A DNA stretch of 50,802 bases, from NCBI GenBank assembly GCA_043819795.1, contig JBDREN010000037.1:1-50802 (forward strand), given 5' to 3'. The number at the start of each line of letters is the position of its first letter. Position 1 is the first letter of the stretch. Below, piece by piece: positions 21,926 to 31,708 of this stretch. The translations under genes and the position numbers were made by a program. The notes beneath the pieces are model-generated. The model was not told where the DNA came from, did no database searches, and saw only the letters and a program-made list of their open reading frames with translations. This DNA comes from Elusimicrobiota bacterium (lineage in GTDB: Bacteria; Elusimicrobiota; Elusimicrobia; UBA1565).

Positions 21926-23519
21926 GGCTCGCCTCGATTGCGGATTCTTCTCTCCCGTGCCGGAGGGAGCAGCGCACCGAAGTTCCCCCCTCGGGCCGTC
22001 GCTGGAACTCCAGGGAAGCATGGATCATCCTGGCCCGGTACTTCATGATGTGCATCCCCATCCCGCCTTTTCGTGCCGAGCGCTCGGTGATGCCGATGCC
22101 GTTGTCCTCCACAGTCAGGACGATCCGGTCCCCGCGTGCCGCGAGCGTCACGACGATCTCGTCCGCTTCGCCGTGCTTGGCGGCGTTGGCGATGGCCTCT
22201 TGAGCGATGCGGTACAGATGGATCCCCTTCTCCAGATCGTGGACGTCGGCCGGGCCCTCGCGCCGGACGACGCAGGAAACGCCGAAGAGGCTCTCCGAGT
22301 ATGCCGAGAGCTCCCGAAGCGTCGGGAACAGGCCGTGGGCCTGGAGGTCGACGGGATAGAGCCCCTTGGCGAGGACGCGCGTCTGTTCGACGGCGTGGTC
22401 GACGTGGACCTTGATGGCGGCCGCGTCGTTGGCCTGAGGGGACGATAAGGACGCGAGCTTCTGGTGCAGCACCTTCACCATGAGCGAGATCCCGATCAGG
22501 TGCTGGGACAACCCGTCGTGAAGGTCCTGGCCGATCCGCTGCTGCTCCCGGCGGCTCACCTCCAGAATCTCGCCCTCCAGGCGCTTGTGGTCGGTGATGT
22601 CGGTCAGGGTCACGAGGTGCGCCGCTTTGCCTTCCCATTCGGTCGGGACGGTGCGCATTTCCGCGATTCCGGGCTCGCCGTTCTCGCGGACGATGGGCTG
22701 CTCCGCCTGCTCCTCCGACCACGAGGCGCTGAAGGGCTTGCCCAAGAGCGTGGACGCCTCCCGGGCCAGAAACGACTCCGCGGCCGGGTTGACGAAGCGC
22801 ACGACGCCCGTCCCGTCCACGACCAGGAGCCCGTTGGCGTTGCGCTCCACGATGCTCCGGAAGCTCGCGCGATGCGCCTGAAGGGCCCGGGCTATGCGCT
22901 GGCGCTCGGCGGCTTCCTGATGGAGCCTCTCGTTGGTGACGTTCAGATCGGCCGTGCGCTCCTGGAGGGCCTTCTCCGCGCGTTTGCGCTTGGTGATATC
23001 GACGGTGCTGACCAGGACCCTGCCGAAGTCCGGCGGCTGGCCCGGGACCGTCAGCCGGAGGAGGGTGTCCACGCGCTCCCCCGTCAGGGTGCCGTTGACC
23101 GCCTCGGCCTCGAAGTATGTCTTGCCCTCCGCCAGGGCGACCAGCTCTTCCCGGAAGACCGGATAGGACTCGGGGAGGAACACCTTGTGGAGCGAGCCCA
23201 GGAGCTCCTCTTTGGTGTTCGCCTGGAAGAGCCGCAGGGTGGCAGGGTTCACCTCCCGGACTCCCGCCATTCGGGTGGCGGCCTCGACGAACTCGGGGTG
23301 CTCCGCGAAGTAGGCCCGGTAGTCCGTCACGCCGTCATCGCGCAACCGGTCCAGGGCCGCGCGCAGGCGCGAGAAGTCCTCCTCCCATAGCGGGATCGGC
23401 AGGCTGTCGAAGATGCGGTGGAAGTCCTGCCCGCGATCGGCGGGCCCGGCCCCGACCCGGCCTTGTCGCCGGGAGCCACCCCGGGGATTTCCCCCCTCGG
23501 CTTCGGGTAATGTCGTCAT
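21897..23519 (-). CDS. PAS-PAS HisKA_3 sensor histidine kinase
   Basis: EQQRIGQDLHDGLSQ H-box, QEAIANAAKH, EDNGIG and GMGMHIM motifs; two PAS-like regions; overlaps the NarL-type regulator. Confidence 0.93.
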   Translation of the reverse strand: MTTLPEAEGGNPRGGSRRQGRVGAGPADRGQDFHRIFDSLPIPLWEEDFSRLRAALDRLRDDGVTDYRAYFAEHPEFVEAATRMAGVREVNPATLRLFQANTKEELLGSLHKVFLPESYPVFREELVALAEGKTYFEAEAVNGTLTGERVDTLLRLTVPGQPPDFGRVLVSTVDITKRKRAEKALQERTADLNVTNERLHQEAAERQRIARALQAHRASFRSIVERNANGLLVVDGTGVVRFVNPAAESFLAREASTLLGKPFSASWSEEQAEQPIVRENGEPGIAEMRTVPTEWEGKAAHLVTLTDITDHKRLEGEILEVSRREQQRIGQDLHDGLSQHLIGISLMVKVLHQKLASLSSPQANDAAAIKVHVDHAVEQTRVLAKGLYPVDLQAHGLFPTLRELSAYSESLFGVSCVVRREGPADVHDLEKGIHLYRIAQEAIANAAKHGEADEIVVTLAARGDRIVLTVEDNGIGITERSARKGGMGMHIMKYRARMIHASLEFQRRPEGGTSVRCSLRHGREESAIEASHGQREETET

Positions 23520-23634
23520 TCGGTTGTCGTCCCTGGCCGCGGAAAAGCGCCTATCGACGGCCACGAACGTGAAGGTTCCTTTTCGCGGCCGTGGCCGGCG
23601 GCGGGTCGCCGGGGGCCGGGAAGGCCGCGAACGT

Positions 23635-24324
23635 TCAGGTACCGATCTTGTAGCCGCCCGGCACGGTGAGGATGATCTTCTCGCCCTCGGGCCCGAGATC
23701 GCTTCGCAGTCTTTGAATGGCTTTCTCGACGCTGTTGATGTTCTCGGCGCCCGTCGCGTGCATCAGCTCCCGTTTGGAGATGGATCCATCCCTGGAAGCC
23801 ATCACGCACAGCAAGTCGTAGCGGGTAGTGGGGATCCTCCCGACGCTGCGCCCCTTGACGCATACGACGCGGGACTTCAGATCGATCCGCACGGGGCCGT
23901 GCTTGATGGTCCCCGTCTGGTACATCCGGCGCTGTTCGTTGGCATGGATCGCGAGCGCGGAGGCGACCGTCTCGGACAGCTGCTCGGATCCGACGGGCTT
24001 GCGGAGGAACGACACCGCTCCCAGGGCCATGATCGCGCACCGGATGACCTCGGCCCCGTCCTCCAGCCCGGTCAGCACGATGACCGGGATCCATCTCGCC
24101 TTCTGATGGGCCTGGATCAGGCGGAGGACCTCGATCCCGTTGAGGTCGGGTAGGACCATGTCGAGGAGGATGAGATCGGGGAGCAGGGTCTGGCTCTTCT
24201 GCGACCCCTCTCTGCCGGATACGGCCGAAAAGATCTGGTAGCCTTCGGAGGTCAGGCTGAAGCGGATCAGCTCCTGGACCTGGGGATCATCATCGATCAC
24301 GAGGATTCGGCGTGGGTTGCTCAC
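23635..24324 (-). CDS. response regulator (REC + OmpR-like wHTH), paralog 3, 229 aa
   Basis: Same motifs as paralog 1; GTG start with GAGGG RBS. Confidence 0.92.
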   Translation of the reverse strand: MSNPRRILVIDDDPQVQELIRFSLTSEGYQIFSAVSGREGSQKSQTLLPDLILLDMVLPDLNGIEVLRLIQAHQKARWIPVIVLTGLEDGAEVIRCAIMALGAVSFLRKPVGSEQLSETVASALAIHANEQRRMYQTGTIKHGPVRIDLKSRVVCVKGRSVGRIPTTRYDLLCVMASRDGSISKRELMHATGAENINSVEKAIQRLRSDLGPEGEKIILTVPGGYKIGT

Positions 24325-24385
24325 GGACTACCCTCCTCTGCTTCTCGACCGTCGTTTTCCGACGGTCACCGTACGGACACTATCC

Positions 24386-24414
24386 AGTATAGACCCAAAG
24401 TCGAGGCTTGTCAA
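24386..24414 (-). promoter_or_regulatory. sigma70 promoter of paralog 3
   Basis: TTGACA-17-TATACT on the minus strand. Confidence 0.75.
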
Positions 24415-24478
24415 CCGCGCGCGCGCGGGATGCGTTTTTGGGGGGCTCCGCCCGTCGGGGGACAGGGCGCGACCAGGG

Positions 24479-25168
24479 TCAGTCGGCGATCTTATAGCCG
24501 CCCGGGACCGTGAGGATGATCCTCTCGCCCTCGGGCCCCAGATCGGCCCGCAGCCTTTGAATGGCCTTCTCGATGTTGTTGATGTTCTCCGCGCCCGTCG
24601 CGTGCATCAGCTCGCGCTTGGACATGGAGCCTTCCCTCGACACCATCACGCAGAGCAGGTCGTACCGAGTGGTTGGTATCGCTCCGACGTCGCGCCCTCG
24701 CACGCTGATTGTGCGGGCCTTGAGGTCGATGCGGACGGGGCCGCGCCGTATGATGCCGCTCTGGTGCATGCGGCGCTGGTCCCGCGTGTGGATGGCGAGC
24801 GCGGAGGCGACCGCGGAGTCCAGCTGCTTCTGGTTGATGGGCTTCTTGACGAAGGAAACGGCTCCGAGGGCCAGGACCGCGCTCCGGAGAAGCTCGGCTT
24901 CATCCTCCATCCCCGTCAGGACGATGACCGGGATCCATCTCGCTTTCTGATGGGCCTGGATCAGGCGGAGGACCTCGATCCCGTTGAGATCGGGAAGGAC
25001 CATGTCCAGCAGCACGAGGTCGGGAAGCAGGGTCTGGGCCCTGTGCGACCCGTCTCTTCCGGACACGGCCGAGAACACCTGATAGCCCTGCGAAGTCAGG
25101 CTGAAGCGGATCAGCTCCTGGACTTCCGCGTCATCGTCGATCACCAGGATTCTGGAGGGACTACTCAC
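24479..25168 (-). CDS. response regulator (REC + OmpR-like wHTH), paralog 4, 229 aa
   Basis: Same motifs as paralog 1; GTG at 25168. Confidence 0.9.
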   Translation of the reverse strand: MSSPSRILVIDDDAEVQELIRFSLTSQGYQVFSAVSGRDGSHRAQTLLPDLVLLDMVLPDLNGIEVLRLIQAHQKARWIPVIVLTGMEDEAELLRSAVLALGAVSFVKKPINQKQLDSAVASALAIHTRDQRRMHQSGIIRRGPVRIDLKARTISVRGRDVGAIPTTRYDLLCVMVSREGSMSKRELMHATGAENINNIEKAIQRLRADLGPEGERIILTVPGGYKIAD

Positions 25169-25217
25169 AGGGTGCCTTCGCGGGCCTCGATTTCCGTCCT
25201 TCTCGGGAGATGCCCGG

Positions 25218-25246
25218 ATTATAGACCCAAATCCGCGGCCTGTCAA
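25218..25246 (-). promoter_or_regulatory. sigma70 promoter of paralog 4
   Basis: Perfect TTGACA-17-TATAAT on the minus strand. Confidence 0.8.
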
Positions 25247-25367
25247 CCGGGGCCGTCGGGACCGGCCGGGAGCGGAGATTTAACAAGAATGTACTTGAAT
25301 TAACGCGGATTCCAGGCATCATTATGGGGAAAGAGGGCCCTGCGCGCGGGACGGGCCCGCGTTTTCT

Positions 25368-25946
25368 ATGTCTTTGGCGAAGAGACTCAACGGCTTTTTG
25401 CGTGCTCGGCTGGTGCGTTCTTCGCCCGGCGCGACGGTGGTATTCCTGTCGGCCGGCGCGGGCGTCCTCGTCGCGGCGATCCTGGCGGGCGGGCCGTACC
25501 GTGTTCCCGTATTCGGCCCATCCGGCGGGGGCGGAGGCGTTTTCCCGAGCGGGGGCGGCTTCAGGGTGGCGAGCACGCTCGGGGCGAGCGCCCAGACGGC
25601 CATGTCGGGAGGGGGCTACAGCATGTCCCCCGGCGTGATCGCCGCGCAGCGCGCCGCGTCGACCGACCTGGGCGGGGCCCACGCTTTCCCGGTGCCCTTC
25701 GTCCCGAGCCGCGGCCACAACAAGATCACGTTCACGCGCCTGATGCCCAAGGTCACCATCCGGGTCTACACCGTGTCCGGCGAGGAGGTCAGGGTCCTCC
25801 ACAAGGATTCGGCCGGCGCGGACCAATTGGTCTGGTTCCCGGTGACCAACGACAAGGGGCAGGCCGTGGCGAGCGGAGTCTACATCTATGTGGTCGAGTC
25901 CTCCGACGGCCATAAGAACATCGGCAAGCTGATGGTGATCAAGTAA
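25368..25946 (+). CDS. small secreted protein with a T9SS type-A/FlgD-Ig-like C-terminal domain
   Basis: AFPVPF..TIRVYTVSGEEVR..W..GQAVASGVYIY..GKLMVIK. Confidence 0.75.
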   Translation: MSLAKRLNGFLRARLVRSSPGATVVFLSAGAGVLVAAILAGGPYRVPVFGPSGGGGGVFPSGGGFRVASTLGASAQTAMSGGGYSMSPGVIAAQRAASTDLGGAHAFPVPFVPSRGHNKITFTRLMPKVTIRVYTVSGEEVRVLHKDSAGADQLVWFPVTNDKGQAVASGVYIYVVESSDGHKNIGKLMVIK

Positions 25947-26981
25947 GTGGCTCCCCGCGTCCTGCTCATCGCGCTCCTGACCTGCGTGCCCCCCGCGGCG
26001 CTGCGGGCGGCGCCCGGCACCACGGCCGCCAACTTCCTGAAGATCGGCGTGGCCCCGCGTCCGGTGGCCCTGGGAGAGACGTTCGTCGGATTGGCCGACG
26101 ACGTCAACGCCCTCGCCTACAACCCGGCCGGCCTGGCCTTCCTCGATCGCCAGGAAGCGAGCTTCATGCACAACCGGTTCTTCGACGGGATATCACAGCA
26201 GTGGGGCGCGTACGCATTCCCCTCGGCGCGCTGGGGCACGTTCGGCGTCGGCTTCAACGTCCTGCAGGTCGATCCGTTCGAGTCCTATGACGAGTTCGAC
26301 CGCCCCACCGGCGAGGTCTCCGCCTCGGACATGGCCACGCTCGTCGGCTGGGCCATGGAGGTCGGAGAATCCAGGGCCCTCGCCCTCGGGGCGAGCGGGA
26401 AGTACATCCGCCAGCGCCTCTCCGGGTATCGGGCCGGCGCGGGCGCGATCGATCTGGGCGCGCTTTGGCGCTCGGGCGCGGGGAAGGGAGGGCTGGACGG
26501 GGAGTGGCGGCTGGGAGCTGGTCTGCGCAACATCGGTACGAATGTGAAGTTCATCGATGAGTCTTTCCCTCTGCCGCTTAGCGGGCACCTGGGGGCCTCA
26601 TACGGCGCGCCGCTGCCTCATCCGTTCTCGGAGATGCGCTGGATCGTCGCGGCCGACGCCGGCTTCCCCAACGACCGGGACCCGTATTTCTCGGGCGGCC
26701 TGGAGTTCATCCCGATCAAGGATATGGCGATCCGGGTCGGCTACCGCAACAACCAGGACTCGGGCGCGGGGGTCTCCGCGGGCCTCGGCTTCCGGGCGCT
26801 GCACCGGGGCTTCGTCGGCAAGTGGTGGCCGGACTTCGAGATCGATTACGCCTTCGTGGATTTCGGGAGGCTCGAGCAGACGCACCGCTTCGGGATGACG
26901 TTCCGCTTCGGCCCGGACAAGCACGGCGACTACGGCCCCCCCGGGCGTAAGGGGACGAGCCCGCGCGCCTACGATTGGTGA
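25947..26981 (+). CDS. PorV/PorQ-like (UPF0164) outer-membrane beta-barrel
   Basis: ANFLKIGVAPRPVALGETFVGLADDVNALAYNPAGL; C-terminal IDYAF..THRFGMTFRF. Confidence 0.85.
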   Translation: MAPRVLLIALLTCVPPAALRAAPGTTAANFLKIGVAPRPVALGETFVGLADDVNALAYNPAGLAFLDRQEASFMHNRFFDGISQQWGAYAFPSARWGTFGVGFNVLQVDPFESYDEFDRPTGEVSASDMATLVGWAMEVGESRALALGASGKYIRQRLSGYRAGAGAIDLGALWRSGAGKGGLDGEWRLGAGLRNIGTNVKFIDESFPLPLSGHLGASYGAPLPHPFSEMRWIVAADAGFPNDRDPYFSGGLEFIPIKDMAIRVGYRNNQDSGAGVSAGLGFRALHRGFVGKWWPDFEIDYAFVDFGRLEQTHRFGMTFRFGPDKHGDYGPPGRKGTSPRAYDW

Positions 26982-26989
26982 GGGTGAAC

Positions 26990-27090
26990 ATGAAAGGCTC
27001 CTCATGGATCGCCGGGATGTCGATCGGGGCTCTCGCCGCGGCCCATTCGGCGCCGCCGGCGCGCGCCGAGGGCTACCGCCCGCGCTCGAA
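26990..27090 (+). pseudogene. truncated paralogous 5' end (signal peptide) of the downstream fibre gene
   Basis: IGALAAAHSAPPARAEGYR versus VGALLASSPSGPAGAEGYR in the 27157 gene; shared DNA GCCGAGGGCTACCGC. Confidence 0.55.
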
Positions 27091-27156
27091 TCGACGCGCC
27101 AGGTCAAGAGGTAGGCGCAGCGTGGGTCTTGAAGGTCTTGATGCAGGGAGGGGATC

Positions 27157-30084
27157 ATGAAGAATATTCCGCTGGTTTTCACGATTTTCGTCGGGGCTCT
27201 ACTGGCGTCGTCTCCGTCAGGGCCGGCGGGGGCCGAGGGCTACCGCACTCTTTCCACGGCCCCGGACGGCACGGTGCCCAACGGCATCAACTACCAGGGG
27301 CGCCTGGAGAAGGACGGCACGCCCGTCACCGGGACGAAGGCCATGGAATTCCGGCTCTACGACGCCGCCACGGGAGGGACGGCGCTTTGGGAGAGCGGCG
27401 CTCAGAGCGTGCAGGTGACGCAGGGACTATTCGGCGTCGGGCTCGACATCCCGGTCAGCGCGCTCTACGGGGGCGCCCAGAAATACCTGGAGATGGAGGT
27501 CGGGGGCGTGACCTTGAGCCCCCGCGAGCCTCTTCGGAGCGTCCCCTACGCGAAGATCGCGGAGACGGTGGAGGGCACCCTGGAGATCTCGACCGGGGGC
27601 CTGAAGGTATCGACTCTGGTCGGCGACACGCTCTTCGTCTCCTCGGAGACCGGGCAGGTCGGGATCGGCACGGCGAGCCCGGAGGCGCGGCTGCACGTGA
27701 GCAGCGCGAGCGCCACCGCCTCGGACACGGTATTCCAGGTCTCGAGCGGGACGGCCGCGGGCCAGGACATCCTGGCCGTGAAGGGCGACGGCAAGGTGGG
27801 ACTCTGGACCACGAGCCCGGCGGGAACCCTGCATATCGCGAACGTCCCGGACAGCACGGTGGCTCTTCGGATCAGCGGGTCGCAGACGGTGGATATCAAC
27901 ATGGGCGGCGGCGGCAGCACGGTGATGACGCTCGGGGGGACGTATCCGATCCAGTTCCACAGCAATTCCCCCTCTTACTTCGGCTACAGGCTGGGGATCA
28001 ACGAGACGGTGCCGGGGGCGAACCTGGAGGTCACGAAGAGAGGGACCGACGACCTCCTGAACCTGACCGACTCCTCCGACGGGGACCTCATGACCGTGAC
28101 GAGCGCGGGCGAGGTCGGGATCGGCACGACCGCTCCTTCGGGGCTGCTCCATGTCGTGGGCGGGGACGTCTATATCGGGGACGCCTCGGCGTCCGACCCC
28201 AGCGGCCAGGAGGACCTCTTCATCAAAGGCAACCTCGTCGTGGACGGCCAAGTCATTCAGCAGGGCACGGTGCTCACCGAGCTGGCCATCGCCACGGCGA
28301 CGGTCTCGGGCGAGCTCTTCAAGGTGGCGGAAGGCACCTTCACGGTGCTCTCGAACGGCAACGTGGGCATAGGGACCACGCTGCCGAAAGCCGCCCTGCA
28401 CATCGGCTCCCGGACCACCTTGCGCAGCGTCAACGACAATACCTGGCTCGCCAACAACGTCTATCACGACGGATCCAACCCCAGATACATCGAGACCGCG
28501 GCGGCCGCGCTCTACAACCCCGCCACCGACGGCAGCCACAAGTTCTACTTCGCGGCCTCCGGCACGGCCGACACCGTCGTGACCCTGACGGAGATCCTGA
28601 AGCTCGACAGCGCGGGCGCGACCTTCAACGACGGCTCGGCCGACCTGGACTTCCGGGTCGAGTCCGACAACGACACGCACGCGTTCTTCGTCCAAGGCAG
28701 CGACGGCCATGTCGGCGTGGGCGACAGCGGCCCCAGCTCCGCGCTGGACCTCAAGGCCGGGAGCGGCGACCCGTACGCGGTCCAGATCTCGAGCAACGAC
28801 GATACGAGCCTCTTAGTGGTCGAGCACGGCGGGAACGTCGGCGTCGGGACGGCCAGCCCGAGCGAGTCCTTGCACGTATACGACGCGGGGACGAACGACG
28901 CGATCAGGATCATGGCGGAAAACGCCGATACGGGCACCGCCGCTTCGAGCAGGCTGGTCCTGAAGACCCAGGATTCCCAGGGCGAGGTCTCCGCCTATCC
29001 GTCGAATTCCGTCCTGGGAGGGAATTGGGCCGACAGGCTGGGGGTGTTCTCCAACTCCGGAGACGCGGGGGTGAGCATCGCCGCCTTGGATGCCTCCGGA
29101 GATATCCGGATTTTCTCAGGCGGAGAGATCGAACGGGTCAGGGTGACGGCGACCGGCAACGTCGGCATCGGGACGGTGGTGCCCGAGGGCCGGCTGCACG
29201 TGGTCGGCACCAGCGCCACGGACCCGTATCTCTTCGTGACGAGCCACACGGGCAGCGGCTTCGGGCTCGTGGTGTCCACGACCGGCAACGTCGGGATCGG
29301 GACGGAGACCCCGCGGCAACTGGTCCACGTCCATGAGGCGTCGGGCGGGAACAGCCGCATCCATCTGACCAACACCGATACGGGGAGCGGATCGAGTGAC
29401 GGCATCGATATGGGGCTCGACGCGAGCGACAACTTCATCCTCGGGATCTACGAAGCTTCGGACATGCAATTCTTCACGAACGGACTCGGCACGCCGGATA
29501 TGGTCATCACTTCGGGAGGGAATGTCGGGGTCTCCTCGACGAATCCGTCGGGGCTGTTCACGGTCGGCGACGGCCTGCTGCTCGTCGAGAGCGCCGGCCG
29601 CGTCGGCATCGGGGACACCGGCCCCAGCTCCGCGCTGGACCTCAAGGCCGTGAGCGGCGACGAGTACGCGGTCCGGATCTCGAGCAGCGACGACACCGCG
29701 CTCATGATCGTCGAGCACGGCGGCCGCGTGGGCATCGGGGACGCCGCCCCCGGCTCCGCGCTGGACCTCAAGGCCGTGAGCGGCGACGAGTACGCGGTCC
29801 GGATTTCGAGCAGCGACGACACCGCGCTCATGGTCGTCGAGCACGGCGGCAACGTGTCGGTGAACGGGACGCTCGCGGCGACCGATATCACCATCACCGG
29901 CCCCGGCATCCGCTGCGCCGACCTGGCCCTCACCCCGGGGCAGAGCGGGGACGTCGCGTGCGCGGCCTCCGCGGAGGCGTGCGTCGTCGTCAGCGATTAC
30001 GGCTCTCCGAGCAGCATCAACGTGAGCTGCGCGACGGTGAGCGCCCCCCCCTACGTGGCGCGCTGCTGCCGCCTCAGGCCTTGA
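27157..30084 (+). CDS. secreted tail-fibre-like/adhesin protein with GNVGIGT repeats
   Basis: Signal peptide; INYQGRL..FRLYDAATGGTALW N-domain; about ten G(N/R)VGIGT repeats; Cys-rich C-terminus. Confidence 0.85.
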   Translation: MKNIPLVFTIFVGALLASSPSGPAGAEGYRTLSTAPDGTVPNGINYQGRLEKDGTPVTGTKAMEFRLYDAATGGTALWESGAQSVQVTQGLFGVGLDIPVSALYGGAQKYLEMEVGGVTLSPREPLRSVPYAKIAETVEGTLEISTGGLKVSTLVGDTLFVSSETGQVGIGTASPEARLHVSSASATASDTVFQVSSGTAAGQDILAVKGDGKVGLWTTSPAGTLHIANVPDSTVALRISGSQTVDINMGGGGSTVMTLGGTYPIQFHSNSPSYFGYRLGINETVPGANLEVTKRGTDDLLNLTDSSDGDLMTVTSAGEVGIGTTAPSGLLHVVGGDVYIGDASASDPSGQEDLFIKGNLVVDGQVIQQGTVLTELAIATATVSGELFKVAEGTFTVLSNGNVGIGTTLPKAALHIGSRTTLRSVNDNTWLANNVYHDGSNPRYIETAAAALYNPATDGSHKFYFAASGTADTVVTLTEILKLDSAGATFNDGSADLDFRVESDNDTHAFFVQGSDGHVGVGDSGPSSALDLKAGSGDPYAVQISSNDDTSLLVVEHGGNVGVGTASPSESLHVYDAGTNDAIRIMAENADTGTAASSRLVLKTQDSQGEVSAYPSNSVLGGNWADRLGVFSNSGDAGVSIAALDASGDIRIFSGGEIERVRVTATGNVGIGTVVPEGRLHVVGTSATDPYLFVTSHTGSGFGLVVSTTGNVGIGTETPRQLVHVHEASGGNSRIHLTNTDTGSGSSDGIDMGLDASDNFILGIYEASDMQFFTNGLGTPDMVITSGGNVGVSSTNPSGLFTVGDGLLLVESAGRVGIGDTGPSSALDLKAVSGDEYAVRISSSDDTALMIVEHGGRVGIGDAAPGSALDLKAVSGDEYAVRISSSDDTALMVVEHGGNVSVNGTLAATDITITGPGIRCADLALTPGQSGDVACAASAEACVVVSDYGSPSSINVSCATVSAPPYVARCCRLRP
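29596..29847 (+). repeat. 126-bp (42-aa) tandem duplication in the fibre gene; third copy at 28705-28830
   Basis: GRVGIGD.GPSSALDLKAVSGDEYAVRISSSDDTALM.VEHG twice. Confidence 0.9.
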
Positions 30085-30246
30085 GGCGTTCCAGACGTCC
30101 GCGCTTCAAGACGGCCGAGGTTTCTGCGTTTCCTGCGAGGAGAAGGAGTTCTGACATACGCATGTTTTCCTGCTCCGCGGACAGGAAACATACAGACATA
30201 CGTCAGCCTACCGCCTGAGCGGTTTCCGCGGAGGCGCTTCCGGCGG

Positions 30247-31038
30247 CTACTGGGCGGCTTGTTCGGGCAGGGTGTCGGGCGCGGGACCGGCGCCTGGCTC
30301 GTCGCCGGCCTCGGGCTCGGAAGCGGATTGAGGCTCGGGCTCGGCGGGCAGGTCGCCGATGCGGTAGCCTCCGGGCACGGTGATGACGATCTTCTCGCCG
30401 TCGGGTCCCAGGTCGGCTCGCAGCCTCTGGACGGACTTCTCGATGTTGTTGCGGTTCTCGGCGCCCGTGGCGGCCATGAGGTCGTCTTTGGAGACGGCCC
30501 CCCCCTTGGAGGCGATCACGCAGAGAAGGACGTAGCGTGAGGTCGGGATCTTGTCTATGAGGCGGCCCTGCAAGCGGACCCTGCGGGCCCTGAGGTCGAT
30601 GCGGAGCGGGCCGCGCCGGAGGATCCCGGTCGGGTGCTTGCGGCGCTGGTCTCCCCCGAAGACCGTGAGTACCGACGCGACCACGTCGCGCAGCCTCCTA
30701 TCGTCGACGGGCTTTCTGAGGAAAGACGCCGCTCCCAGAGCCAGAGTCGCGCTCTTGAGGAGCTTGGACTTCCTGCTCAGCCCGGTCAGGACGACGACGG
30801 GGGTCTCCTTCGTCTTCGGCTCGGACTGGAGTTGCCTGAATACGTCCACCCCGTTGAGGTCCGGCATGAGCAGGTCCAGCAGGATCACGTGGGGTTGGAA
30901 CTCGACAGCCTTGCGCAGCCCCTCCTTGCCGGAGAAGGCGGCGGAGAGTTCGTACCCTTGCGGGGCTAAAGTCAGGCGTACCAACTCGTGGATGTCCTCG
31001 TCATCGTCGATAAGCAGTATCCGGCGGGCCTCGGTCAT
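30247..31038 (-). CDS. response regulator (REC + OmpR-like wHTH), paralog 5, with a Pro/Glu-rich tail
   Basis: ILLIDDD, VILLDLLMPD, IPTSRY and NNIEKSVQRLRADLGPDGE..TVPGGY motifs; start at 31038 or 31053. Confidence 0.9.
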   Translation of the reverse strand: MTEARRILLIDDDEDIHELVRLTLAPQGYELSAAFSGKEGLRKAVEFQPHVILLDLLMPDLNGVDVFRQLQSEPKTKETPVVVLTGLSRKSKLLKSATLALGAASFLRKPVDDRRLRDVVASVLTVFGGDQRRKHPTGILRRGPLRIDLRARRVRLQGRLIDKIPTSRYVLLCVIASKGGAVSKDDLMAATGAENRNNIEKSVQRLRADLGPDGEKIVITVPGGYRIGDLPAEPEPQSASEPEAGDEPGAGPAPDTLPEQAAQ

Positions 31039-31091
31039 GGTATCAACTCTCATAGTCTCGGGTTGCGCTCTCCCGGAGCGCTCAAAAGAGA

Positions 31092-31121
31092 AGTATAGAC
31101 CCTCAAGCCGCGGAATGTCAA
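31092..31121 (-). promoter_or_regulatory. sigma70 promoter of paralog 5
   Basis: TTGACA-18-TATACT on the minus strand. Confidence 0.7.
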
Positions 31122-31335
31122 CCATTAGTCGGAGGGTGCCGCCCCTCCGGCGACTTATTGGGTTTTCGGGCGGCAAAAAAAAGCGCCCCTCACACGGCAT
31201 CGGCGCTGTGTGGTACGCCGGCCGGGTCAGGGGCTTCTTGCGCTTACGAAACGCATAGGCAAGAGGGACCCGAGTCGTCTATTCTCGGCCCCACAAGTGG
31301 CCGTCGAGTCGCTCGGCGGACTATTTCAGGCCTAT

Positions 31336-31497
31336 CAGCCCGTGGCAAAAGTCTTCCGGGGCCCGCAATCGCCTGGAAGCGGCCTGCGCCTGCGTTGCTC
31401 CGTGGTCACATACCGTAGAGGGATGCTCCCTCGTCGCGCCTTGGCTCGGCTCGCTCCAGGCGATTTCGCCGTCCGAAATACTTTCGCCACGGGCTGC
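31336..31497 (+). mobile_element. MITE-like element family A, copy 3
   Basis: CAGCCCGTGGCAAAAGT...ACTTTCGCCACGGGCTGC, with TA on both sides. Confidence 0.85.
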
Positions 31498-31708
31498 TAT
31501 GCCTATCTACGCCGCCCACGCCTTCCAGCACTTGTTAGGATGTCGGTTATTATTGTCAGCCCGAAGGTCAGGATTCGCGCCGGATTCCGCGCTGATTCCG
31601 ACTCAAAAGTTGCGGGCCGAAGCGACCATCGTGTCAGCGCGGGGGCCGGCGAAGGCGGATATTTTCGCCGGAATCGCGGGGGCCGGGGGTTATTCGGACG
31701 GGCGGGAC

